64,000 nt of DNA from the human T2T-CHM13v2.0 reference genome, Homo sapiens: NCBI RefSeq assembly GCF_009914755.1, contig NC_060941.1; one strand, 5' to 3'. The number at the start of each line of letters is the position of its first letter. Position 1 is the first letter of the stretch. The position numbers and the translations under genes were made by a program. The notes beneath the pieces were generated by a model, which worked only from the letters and a program-made list of their open reading frames with translations, had not been told where the DNA came from and did not search any database. This document shows positions 1 through 22,310 of the stretch, piece by piece.

Positions 1-94
1 CACATACCTGTGCAGCTTGTCAGGAACTGAGTATTTGTTCCACTTAGCCAAAAAATGTCCAGTAGCGCTCCCTTCCCCAAGAAGACATGTCGTA

Positions 95-3722
<3,628 letters not shown>

Positions 3723-4687
3723 ACACCTTTCTCTTATCTAAAGAGCTGACCTCAACCACTCAGGGTTGAGTCGCTGTGATAAGGTTTGAGGGTGCCTGAA
3801 ATGTCATCATGATTCGTCCTTTGGGCTAAGCTGAAACCTAGTGACTTGTCAGGTCAATAAATTAAGGTTATTTCCCGATAATACAAACATTTAACACCGT
3901 GAAGTAGGTTTTAGGCAGGATTCCCTCTTTTCCACTGCAAAGGAGAGGTAAGTTCTTGCTGAGGTGATCGAAGTCCTAGCTGGGGCACTGGGAAGGTGGC
4001 GGGACATTGGAACGTGCAGTAGTTGCGTTCTGGAGTTTACTGAGGCTTTCCCAGTGCGGATTCCACGCTACAGGTCTTAGGGCGCCCCTCCCTCCGGGCG
4101 TGGCAGCCCGGGGCGTGGCTCCTGGCACAGATCCGGAGCAGTTGTCATTGGAGTCATTTTCTGGACTCCAGCTCCATGCTTCAGAGTTTCCTAAGTTCAG
4201 GGGGCTTGTCTCTCTGTCCCCTCGACTAATTTCCCTCTGTCGCTGGCGCTGCCCGGTGCCCTCGGTCGCTTGGGCCGCCACTCTCCGCGACTTTTTTTTT
4301 TCTTTCTCTCGCTGGCTCTTTCAGCATCAGTTTCCATAGGGGGAGGGAAGGGAATGATATTTGGGGGCTCCCTTGCCTTCCTCTCCGAGCCGCGAAAGGG
4401 GAGACGCGGGGAGGAGGTCCGGCCGGCTTTGGGCTCCAGCCAGCGGTCCGCGGAGACTTTGGTCTCCGAAGGCCTTTGACGCCGGGCATTTCGCGAGCTG
4501 CGCGCCCCTCTCAGCCGCGCCACCTGCGCCCGGAGTTTTGCCGCGCCACCCGCGCCCGGAGTCCAGCCGCACCGCGCTGTGCCGAGCCCAGGCGTCCAGG
4601 GCTCCCCGCCCCCGACTCGACGCTCCCGCGCTCCCCCTAGCGGCCGCCGCGCCGCTTCGCTCCGTCCCAGGCTCGTCGGCGGCGCAG

Positions 4688-4697
4688 CTCACGTGAC
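4688..4697. promoter_or_regulatory. Palindromic E-box TCACGTGA (USF/MiT-TFE/MYC-type; GTCACGTGAG on - strand)
   Basis: CTCACGTGAC about 40 nt upstream of the Inr-like site. Confidence 0.65.
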
Positions 4698-4756
4698 CGC
4701 GCTCTGGGCCTGCGGCCGCTGTCGGTTCCCCCAGTCACCGAGCGAGAGGGAAGAAA

Positions 4757-4768
4757 CAAGATGGCGGC
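4757..4768 (+). promoter_or_regulatory. YY1 motif CAAGATGGCGGC downstream of the putative TSS
   Basis: Exact match to the YY1 consensus at the typical ~+25 position of CpG-island promoters. Confidence 0.75.
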
Positions 4769-4808
4769 TGAAGGCGATCCGGAGTGGGGCCCCAGCAATT
4801 CGGATTGA
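4761..4808 (+). other. Upstream ORF, 15 aa MAAEGDPEWGPSNSD*
   Basis: ATG in strong Kozak context (AAG ATG G), TGA at 4806-4808, out of frame with the main ORF. Only a uORF if the TSS lies 5' of 4761. Confidence 0.5.
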
Positions 4809-4954
4809 GCCTTCTCCCTCCACCCGCTTCCGTCGGCCGGGCCCCTCCCGCCCGGCCCCGCGGGCCTCCCCACCCGGCCCCGGCGCTCCCCACCGCCCCC
4901 CCTGCGCCCGCCCCTCCCCCTTCGCTTTCCTTCTCCCCCCGCCTCGGCTCCGAC

Positions 4955-5567
4955 ATGAGGGGCCGGCGGGGCAGGCCGCCCAAGCAGCCCGCGGCTCCCG
5001 CTGCGGAGCGCTGCGCCCCGGCCCCGCCGCCACCGCCGCCGCCGCCCACGTCCGGACCCATCGGGGGGCTCCGCTCGCGGCACCGCGGCAGCAGCCGGGG
5101 CAGGTGGGCCGCCGCCCAGGCTGAGGTGGCGCCCAAGACGCGGCTGAGCTCGCCCAGGGGGGGCAGCAGTAGCCGGAGGAAGCCGCCGCCGCCGCCGCCG
5201 GCCCCCCCCAGCACCAGCGCCCCGGGCCGGGGGGGGCGAGGAGGCGGGGGCGGCAGGACGGGGGGCGGGGGCGGCGGCGGCCACCTGGCCCGGACCACCG
5301 CGGCCCGGAGGGCCGTCAACAAAGTGGTGTACGATGACCACGAGAGCGAGGAGGAGGAGGAAGAGGAGGACATGGTCTCCGAGGAGGAGGAGGAGGAGGA
5401 CGGCGACGCCGAGGAGACCCAGGATTCTGAGGACGACGAGGAGGATGAGATGGAAGAGGACGACGATGACTCCGATTATCCGGAGGAGATGGAAGACGAC
5501 GACGACGACGCCAGTTACTGCACGGAAAGCAGCTTCAGGAGCCATAGTACCTACAGCAGCACTCCAG
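4955..5567 (+). CDS. BPTF: BPTF coding exon 1 (613 nt): AT-hook-like RRGRPPK, poly-Pro/Gly, long Asp/Glu tract
   Basis: MRGRRGRPPKQPAAPAAERCAP...SFRSHSTYSSTP matches the BPTF N-terminus. Donor CAG|GTACCC at 5568, phase 1, joins exon 2 as G+GT (Gly). Confidence 0.97.
5023..5510 (+). repeat. Coding trinucleotide tracts in exon 1: (CCG)n poly-Pro, (GGC)n poly-Gly, (GAG)n/(GAC)n poly-Glu/Asp
   Basis: CCG runs ~5023-5047 and 5183-5200, GGC ~5270-5281, GAG ~5348-5400, GAC ~5495-5509. Confidence 0.9.
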
Positions 5568-7161
5568 GTACCCACCCAGCCCAGTTGCTGCAGACTCCTT
5601 CCCCACCTCCTCTGCCCTCCCCCCTTGCTCACTCGTGTGCTGTGCATCCTGCTCCGATCTCCCCCCAACCCCGCCTCCCCCCCAAACAGAGGGGAAATGC
5701 GACGGCACATCAAGTGGCAAAAAACTAGATTTACAAGAGGAAAGAGGCGCATTGTTCAAAATGGAGATTGCATTGTTGCAGTTTGCAGGCCACACTCGCT
5801 CGCTCTCTCTCCCCCCCCCCAACCCCCTTTTTTTCCTCTTCAAAATTTGTGCCAGTGCAGTGTCTCCACCGGGCAGGATTGAAACTTTGGCAAACACATA
5901 TCCATTGCATTCATTTTTCTCCCCTTGTTTTGGTGTGGTTTTCTGGAATGAAAGAAGCCTCTTGTTTTGCAAACCTCTTTGCATTTCTAATGTGGTTTCT
6001 TTCGGATTTTTATTATATATCTGTTACTTAAAAGGGAATTAAGGATTTGGACAGATTGTGGTACACAAACACGCACAAAAAAATGCGTTTTCACACCCCT
6101 AGCTGTGGTTTTAAAATTGTGTTAAGGAAACGGATCATTTGGGTTAGTAGGGGAACCTTATCTGGTCCTGTGTGTTTGTTTTTATTCTTCGAGTGCTAAT
6201 GGGCCCGTGCAACAGTTGCTGTTAAATGGCTGATTAAAAAGCAACGCAGAAAGCCAAACAAGACCCAACCAAATTTGGTTATTCATCCGATTCAGAATTA
6301 TTTTGGTTAAATCAAAAATAAAAGTACAAAACTACAGGAACGCGCGTCTTAACTCATTTGATCGCTTTGCCTTGCTTGGGAAATGCAGTTTCGTGTCACC
6401 TGTTGCAGAAGATATGTAGTTGATCATCTAGACATAATTGCCGAAGATGAACTTCTGGAACAACTTCTAAGTCACACGGCATCAGTATCAGATTTATTAC
6501 ACAACGACTTTTTCTTTTCACTCTATTTCTGAGGAAAAAGCCCTCCCGAAATCCGTAATGAATTTCTCCATGGTAACCCCTCTTCTGTTTTCTCACAGAA
6601 AGTTTCTCTAGGCTGGTGCCGAGATGCATTTGGTGAAACACCCCCGGCCCCCCGCAAAAGGCTGCTTTGTACATAGTCACAATTTACTAAATTGTGAAAT
6701 TAACATAACCAAAGCAACAACCGGCAAGACTTTTCCTTTATAATTTTGCAAATCTAGATTAATTAAATTAGAATCTGGTTTTAAAAGCCTTTAAAAAATA
6801 AAGTTTATGAGAAAATATTTGTGAGGAAAAAAGACCTTTTTTTTCGTTGAAGTAAGGTGTGTCATGTCTTTCTCAGAGAGACTAGGGTAGTAGAAGTGGT
6901 TAACTTGAAAAGTTTGATTTTAATAAATGCTTAAATACTTATTGGAGAAGTAGGGTAGTATTAAGCCAAATGTGAACCCACATAGGTTGTCCTAACATAA
7001 CTGAAAAAAGGTAATTTCTTTTGCCCAGTGGTCAGAATCGTTGCCAGTCTTGTCCGGGGCAGGCTGTCTGGTGAATGAAGGGAATGAATCAAGTGTCAGG
7101 TATTTATGTCTTATATGTAGAAAGGACTACATGTAAATCCTTGCCAACTTAATTTTAGTAC

Positions 7162-8058
<897 letters not shown>

Positions 8059-8566
8059 TGACATTTTGTTTTTCTTAATGACACTTGTGTCTACTTGTCT
8101 TATCCTTATATGAAATTATTAACTCCTTAGAGATAAGTATTGAGCTTATTCCCCCTGCAGCTCCTGTAACAGAGTTTTGCACATAGCAGGTGCTCATCAA
8201 AGATTGGTTGGATAAATTATTGTTAGTAGATAAGAACTTGTAATAGATGAAGTTTTGATAACTCTACAGTGGGTGTCATAATCTCTAAATACTTTGGATT
8301 TAGGAAACTAAAAATTGGTCTAATTGTTTTTTGTTTTTGTTTTTTGTTGTTGTTGTTTTTTCTAATTGGTTTTTGATGGACAATTTGATCAGTGAATGTT
8401 TTTTTTTTTTTCTGTGAACGTTTTTCATTGCAAGAGTTACTTTGTTTTTGAGTTGCTATTTCATATTGCTTGCCAGGCATTTTCCTTTATTGGCTGTGAT
8501 GTTAATTTGGATGCTTTACCTTTTGCAACACATTATTTTTAAAGATTATGGTAAAATAGATGTGAC

Positions 8567-8713
8567 TTTTTTTTTTCCTTATCTCTTCTAAAAAAAAACG
8601 GGATACATGTGCAGAACGTGCAGGTTTGTTGCATAGGTATACGTGTGCCATGGTGGCTTGCTGCACTTACCGACCGGCCCTCTAAGTTCCCTCCCCTTGC
8701 CCCCCACCCCCCG
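8567..8713 (-). mobile_element. Heavily 5'-truncated L1PA 3' end (L1PA8-like)
   Basis: AAAAAAACGGGATACATGTGCAGAACGTGCAGGTTTGTT...GTGCCATGGTGG is L1PA 3'UTR; flanked by GATGTGAC direct repeats (8559 and 8714). Confidence 0.85.
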
Positions 8714-11096
8714 GATGTGACATTTTGAGTTCTAAACTTTTAGAACATGCCCACTTGCCTGGAATGAGTAACAATGCATGACAGTGAGTTGATTAGGCTA
8801 AGTACCAGTTTCATTGGTTTTTTAGTCTGTACTTCCTGGAGGAAGGCTGTCAGGTAAATGTGTAGATAGAAGAAAAAAAGTTTTAGAACTGGTTTAAGAT
8901 ATCCGAATAACACATAAAGAAGTATGATTGATGAGTTTGAATCCTGTTGTACTGTGAAGGCTGAAAGAGGAATTTACCTTATTGGTAATTTAGAGTAATT
9001 TGATTAATTTTTATAGTTTACAGGGTTGGTTTAAGTACTGACGTGACATTCCTAACATAAGAAATAGCTCACTCCTAATACAAGAAATAACTCAGTATTT
9101 TGTAGGTAATGTAACAATGCAAAGACATTAGTTGACATTACTAAAGTCATGAAAGGTTTATTCATTGAAGATTGTTTTCCTTTTATGGAAAAAATGTAAG
9201 GATGCCAACTTTTTAGTATAAAATTGAAATCACCTAGTTTTGCTTAAGCTAAAGGCATATCGCTGAATAATGCTTTAATTCATTTTTACTTTTTAAATTT
9301 AGACTTACTTCAGCCTATAGGTTTTATGACATTGCCAATATACTGAGAAGGATTGTATAGGAAGTGTTTTCAATAGGCATTTGGTAAGGTTCTGACAGCA
9401 CTTTGAAATTAAGCATTTGCTAATTTTAAGAAATTATATTTAAAACAGAATGGTTCTTGTGTTGCAGTCTCAGTCTTGTGTGAGACTTCTGAGAATACTT
9501 ACCTGGAATTTTAAAACTTGGAACCTCTGATAACTTCATGAAACAAAAACCCTGGTGTTACCCTGGGAGAGTTAGTGATTTATGTCCTCTAAGGATTGTG
9601 ACATTGGAGATCAGTGGCAGAGATGCCATGAATGAACCATAGATTCAAATTCAAGCAGAATTTGTCACTGGTTTGACAATATTATTCCTATCAGTGTCAA
9701 TATCTTTTCAGTATAATTTCTGATTGCTGCATGCGAGGTACGCAGTGCAGTGGGCATTTTAAGGAGGGCGAGATAATATACCCCATTTAAGGGGATTGAT
9801 GTGGGCATACACTTCCTGGATGGGCATGTGGAGAGTAAGGAAAGGCAGATTGAGGGAGGGAGGGAGGGAGAGGGAGCGGGAGCGGGAGGGAGCAGCAGGC
9901 ACTGATAGTAAAGTGTGGGCAGTCTCAAGTAACTCGGTTTAGCAAGAGCCTGAGTGTGTGAATAGGAAATAAACCAAAGCTCCTTTGTATGCTGTGTTGG
10001 GCAGTACCTAGAGGATCAGGCTATAGCAACTGTACTTTCCCCCTTTTCTGTAGAATAGGGATTGGGCTGGATTGTGATCCTCAGCCCTTTTTCACTCCTG
10101 AACACCCAGAGGAGTTATGTTGTATTCCCAGCAGCACCATGCACAAACATGAAACAGAACCATATCAAATCACAGAGATGCTGTTGAACCACTGGTGTAG
10201 CTGTTTCTCCCAAATTGAGAGAATTACTGGGGAAATGGCCTGAAGCTCTCTCTCTTTCACATCTGTTTAATTTTGGGTATTGGGATGATCGGAAGATCTT
10301 GAAAGAGTGGGGTATGATTTCAGAGGGATGCCACGAAGTATAGCTTAGATTCTCTTCTGCAGGATGGATTGACAAGGACGAGATAGCTGGTGGGTTTTGT
10401 AGCCCTGGATGGAAGATCAGTCCAGGAGGCACTTTAGAGTTCTTCAGGCCTTGACACATAGATGTGTAGAGAGAGGAATGCATTACATATGCCTCCCTAA
10501 GAATGGTAGCACTTTCAGTAACAATGGGGAGGTCAAGATTATAAGGGAAATTAATGACATCTGTTTTCAGTTATCAGCACCTCAAGAGGTTAAACATGAG
10601 AATTAAACAAAATGAGAGCCAAAAGGGTTATGAAAAAGTTGGGCAATATGATTTGTGAGTAGTAGAGAGGTGTGTCCTAGGTATGCATTAATAAATAGTC
10701 TTGCACACAGTTCGTGCTTTTCTATTCTGCTCACCCACGGGCGTGTTTGGAAGTTTGTATTGAAACATGCGTATCACAGGACTGGGGATGTTAAGACCAG
10801 GAACTCTGGTCTCTTCTGTTAGGTCCTCCTTTCCTCTTTCCTCAAGACCCTGTGTCTTCCCTTTGACTAAAGACCCTTAATGGTGGAGACATGGGGGTGA
10901 GAGACTGGTAGTCATGGTGGGCAAGTAGTATTCTGGGTGACACAGGAGCAAATCCTAGCTGATGCCCTTTTCCCTTCCTGCTCCTTAGCCAGGCTGGAAT
11001 CCCTCTTCCTGGGAGATCTTCCCTGAGTCCTGTTTTGCACCTTGGTCTTCCTTCTCTTTGAGTGCCTGCTTACGGTGGTTATGATCTCAGCACTAG

Positions 11097-13096
<2,000 letters not shown>

Positions 13097-13409
13097 AAGA
13101 AAGTAATTCAGGAGTTAGAATGAATCCTTAGTGATAGATTGGTTAGGCTGGGATGTGGTGAGTGGGAGAAAAGGATTCAAGGATGAACTGACTTCTGAAT
13201 CTCCCTTATTTCTCTTTTCCTTATTCACTCCTTATTTCTTCTCTTCATCTCGAATGGATCTAGTAATACTGATTTCTTTGTAGTTCTCACACACCTAACT
13301 CCTAGTCATCCATCCATCACCTTCTCCAGCCTGCCTTCTCTGATCACCATTCCCTTTACCGCCAGGTGGGGCTAAGTTCCTGTGTTTCCCACCCGTATAA
13401 CCTCCAGGA

Positions 13410-13910
13410 CCATGTGCATTAAGTGTTTTAGTTTCCAAATATTTGGGAATTTTTTAGCTATCCTTCTGTTACTGATTTCTAATTTAATTTCATTTTGTTC
13501 AGAGAGTATACTTTGTATGACTTTAATTTTATAAAACATTTTTAGAGGTTTGTTTTGCACCCCAAAATTTTGTCAGTCTAAGTGAATGTTCCATATGTAC
13601 TTGAAAAGAATTTTGTATTCTGCTCTTGTTGAGTGGAGTATTGCATAAATGTCAATTAGGTCAAGTTTGTTGATAATGTTACTAAGATCTGTCTGACTTT
13701 CTGCTTGTTCTGTTGATTACTGAGAGAAGTCTTGAAGTCTGCAGCTATTGTGAAGGATTTGTCTGTTTCTCCTTGAAGTTCTAGCAATCTTCATGTATTT
13801 TGAGGCTTTATATTCATGTATTTTGAGGCTCCTTCCTAAAGTCCATAAACCTTTAGGAAGGATTATTTTATCCTCTTAATTATTTAACCCCTTTATCTCT
13901 ATCTTTATCT
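13410..13910 (-). mobile_element. Old L1M ORF2 (endonuclease region) fragment
   Basis: Minus-strand translation ...IQSILSEQNEIKLEISNRR...PNIWKL is typical of L1 ORF2. Confidence 0.85.
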
Positions 13911-14097
13911 GTTAAGACATGGAGCTGAAATGGGCTTTTAATATCTGGCCCTTCTTTAATTACAACCTACTTTGGGCAGGGACAGTCTCATTCAGTCTCT
14001 GTAGTGCCTGGTTCAATCTCTTGAATGCAGTAGGCAGCACAAGTAATTGTGGAACTGAATGATGAGTCAAAGAAAGCCTGTGGATTCTTTTCACGCT

Positions 14098-14596
14098 CTA
14101 TACTGTCCAGTATGGTAGCCACTAGCCACATGTGGAGAGTTAAATTAATTAAAACTAGGCAGGCCAAGCGTGGTGGCTCATACCTGTAGTCCCAATACTT
14201 TGGGAGGCTGAGGTGGGAAGATCACTTAAGGCAGCAGTTGAAGACTAGCCTGAGCAACATAGTAAGACACTGTCTTTACAAAAGAATTAAAATAGTTTGG
14301 CAGAGGTTGGCATGCCTGTAGTCCTACCTAATTGGGAGGCTGAGGTGGGAGGATTGCTTGAGCCCAGGAGTTAGAGGCCCTAGTCAGCTATGGACCATGC
14401 CACCACACTCCAGCCTGGGTGACAGAGTGAGAACCCATCTCTTAAAAAAAAAATTTAAGTAAAATGAAAAGTTAGTTTCTCCTGTGGCACTAGCTGTTAT
14501 ATGTTCATTTCAAGTGCTCTATAGCCACATGTATTGCACCACACAAATGTAGAGCATTTGGGGCATTTCATATCATTGCAGAAAGTTCTCCTGGAC
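14098..14596. mobile_element. MER3-like hAT DNA transposon split by an Alu (+, ~14158-14452)
   Basis: CTGTCCAGTATGGTAGCCACTAGCCACATGTGG ... CATTGCAGAAAGTTCT..TGGAC. Confidence 0.75.
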
Positions 14597-14893
14597 TCAT
14601 TGTAGTCAGTCTGCCTCTGTTAGACCAGGGGGAATTTACCTAACATCTCTTTTTCTCTAGCCTTTTATTTGCCCTAAATCCTGCACAGCTTGGGTAGCCC
14701 CAGCACTCTGGCTGAGTGAAGTCCTCCTTTGTGGAGACTCTGGGCCCAGCATTATTTGTGTATGTGATGGTATTGCATTTCTGCAATAAGATTTGGGGTC
14801 ATGTGTGAGATGACTTTCCATTATTTGTTGTCCTTGGTGGTAGGGTGAAGAGGAAGTTAACATGTGATTAGAAAATCTGCCACAGTCCTGGTA

Positions 14894-15195
<302 letters not shown>

Positions 15196-16614
15196 CAGTC
15201 CTGGTAAAATTAAGCTAAAAGTTATATATATAGGCCAGAAGAGAAGGAAGGATTAGGATTCAGAGACTTTTGGTTGAGAAATTAAATTTGATAATTCAGA
15301 GAATTTCAGTGTTATAAAAGTGTAAAAGCTGATATGCAAACTGAATTGCGAGATGTTAGTATGTCCTAGTGTGTCTGGGTTCTCCTGTATAAAACGTCTT
15401 AGGAGTCACTGGCCAAATTATTTATCTATGGAACCCCCTGAGATTTGCTAAGAAAGTTATACTTAGACTTCTTTCTACTCATGGATATGTTCTGTAATTC
15501 ACACGCTTGGGAAACGGCATGGCCATGTGATTCATACCAAATGGCAATGTTCAGTAGGTGCAGTTTATATATTTTACTAGAAATATGGCTTCTTGCTCGA
15601 TTTCAGTATGTTCATAGTGCCTCTTTTGAGGTCTGTGTATAGTATATAGTATATTCTATTTATGGAAGTTAAGAAGTATTTCAGAAATGCATGTATTAAT
15701 CTGTGTGGAATTTCTCTTGTCCTGTTCTAATTCTTGCATAGATACTTGTCTCAAGAGATGGTCCAACATTTAAAATAGTGAATGACATCTTAGCTCATCC
15801 TAAAACAATCCTTTCTAAAGGTTTATGAACTTATTCATAGAGCCTCAAAATACATGAGGACTGATAAAACTCCAAGGAGAAACAGACAAATCCTTAACAA
15901 TATCGTAGACTTCAACACTCTTCTCACAGTAATCAAGAGAACAAGTAGGCAGAAAGAAAGTGCAGTTTTCTGTTTTTGTAGACAGCAAAATTATTTCACA
16001 CACTTCTTAAAGTCTTATTCAGTAAGTTACTCATTTCTCCACCTTATGACTGTACTGTGCTTTCAAAGTGCTGTGCAAAGAGTAAAATGTTTTAAGGTGG
16101 TTTTACTGTAATTTCACATACATATTTGAACTTTTGAGTCTGAATTATCCAGGTGAAATGCATTGGATTTCTGATCCTCTGTAAACTTGGAAGATTACCT
16201 TCTTCCAGGTATATTGGTTTTCCTTAATTGCTTTAATAGCATGAGTTGTGAATCTTCTCTGTGTCTCAGAAGAAACCTAACAGTGGAGATTGTTTATGGC
16301 AAGGGTCACAAATTTACATGCTCAGGTTAGGACCCTCTTTAAGGTAAAGACATGAAGTGCCCCCCTTTTTATTAATACATAACTGCATTTGCTGATAATA
16401 TTGATTTGCCTTAAAAAAACTAGTCCTATTGAGAATTCAGGCTCTTTTTGCGTTTACAGACAGTGCTGTCCTGAATGTGCTAGAGATGTACCTTTAGTCA
16501 CTTAAGCTGGTGTTTCTGTAGGGTAGATTCCTAGGACTGGGATTGGATTGTTGCATTATAGTGTGTACCATTTAAAAGTCTGGACCAGATTATACTCTCA
16601 ACATCTGTTTTTAA

Positions 16615-18005
<1,391 letters not shown>

Positions 18006-18399
18006 ACATGTGTGCATACATACTTTTTACAAAATTGGAAGAAGTATAATTCATTTGCTAAATATTTTCACTTATGCCATGAAATCAGATTTTATCTTTG
18101 TGTATAAAAATACCTGCTCTGCTGGGGCTTCTAGTTGAAAACTAATGAATTTTAAAAATTAATTTAGTATTTAGCCACCTATTCTTTTTTCTAATTGTTT
18201 CTTGTAGCTTTTGCTTTGATTGGAATAATTTTACTCTAGGAATAAAGTTGTGTCATCTGCAAAAATGAATCATATGTACACATCTGATTTTCTTACATTT
18301 GTATCTCCTTTTTCTCTTCAAATTACATTGCCCTCTACCATTGATGGGAACCTGGGTAATAAAAAAAAAAGAAAAAAAAGAAACAAATTGCATTGTGTA

Positions 18400-21342
<2,943 letters not shown>

Positions 21343-21345
<3 letters not shown>

Positions 21346-21510
21346 TATGTGTATATATCTTTATACACTTTCAATATATGTAGATACATATAGATATGTA
21401 TCTACATATGCTTTCAGTGTATATCTATATGCATACATTGTATATATACATAGACATATATCTACATACATTGACAGATATATATCTACATACATATACA
21501 ATGCATGCAT
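21343..21510. repeat. AT-rich self-complementary low-complexity tract (TAGAT/ATCTA/TACAT units)
   Basis: Direct reading. Confidence 0.9.
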
Positions 21511-21969
21511 GATACCTTTGGCCACTACATCCTTCTTAAATTTCCTGTTGCAACTCATGACTCAATTTCCTTGACCAGTTACTCCTCCTTCAGACATCCC
21601 TCTTACATGTGATAGTCCTCAGCATTTAGTTTCCCCAACTTTCCCCTAATTATCAGTTGTCTGAGTTACCACCATAATATCAATGACTTCTAGATCCACT
21701 TTTCTTCTTAGACCTCTCCTCTAAACTCCAGTTATGTATTTCCAACTTTCTGTGCTGTCCCAGATAAACTCCACATTGTAGGAAATAAAAAGAAAGGAGT
21801 TATAAAAGTTTAGGTTCAAAGCAAAATTTAGAAACTCACAAACGAGACAAAGATTTTTTGATGACAAAGGCTGTGGTCCACAATGAAAATATAAAACATG
21901 TCTCTATAAAACATATATGTGATAGAGACTGTCCCCAACTTTAAGCCTTTCAGTAATTCATGTAACTGC

Positions 21970-22310
21970 AGAACATCTTTAAAGTACTGAGAGAAATGTC
22001 AATCCAGAATTCTGTATCCAGCAAAAATACCCTTCAACAATTAAGGCCAAAAAAAAAAAAAAAAAAAAAAGACATTTCAGATGAAGAAAATCTAAGAGAA
22101 TGTGTTGCCAAAAGTTCTGCTGTAAAATAAATATAAAAGAAGGTCTTTAGGCCAAAGGAAATACTAGAACTTCAGAGATAAAGAGCAACAGAAATGGTAT
22201 CTGGGAAAATGTAAAAACACAAACAGTTGTTTCTTAAGCTCTTTAAAATATGTATAGTGGTTTAAAGCAAAAGTTATAACACTGGTGAGACTTTCAATGT
22301 ATGTAGATAT
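21970..22310 (+). mobile_element. Old L1M ORF1 3' end/inter-ORF fragment, opposite in orientation to the L1M at 20690-21345
   Basis: TGTCAATCCAGAATTCTGTATCCAGCAAAAATACCCTTCAA...GACATTTCAGATGAAGAAAATCTAAGAGAAT is L1 ORF1 C-terminal sequence. Confidence 0.8.

Larger units (their letters stand above)
4050..5570. promoter_or_regulatory. BPTF: CpG island promoter of BPTF, spanning the likely TSS and exon 1
   Basis: Very high GC and dense undepleted CpGs, free of repeats. Inr-like CCCA(+1)GT with A at 4733. Surrounds the first coding exon. Confidence 0.93.

Noticed and set aside
4451-4468. 7-bp hairpin CGGAGAC-TTTG-GTCTCCG and nearby TTTCGCGAG (E2F/BANP-like) motif at 4489-4497
   Set aside because: Short stems are expected by chance in GC-rich DNA, and the motif is an imperfect match to both factors
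4637-5752. 371-aa antisense ORF and other overlapping ORFs across the CpG island
   Set aside because: Stop-codon depletion in GC-rich and trinucleotide-repeat DNA; low-complexity mirror translations of BPTF exon 1 with no domain-like content
13372-13560. ORF resembling an endonuclease fragment
   Set aside because: Decayed L1 ORF2 remnant with stops and frameshifts; not an intact gene
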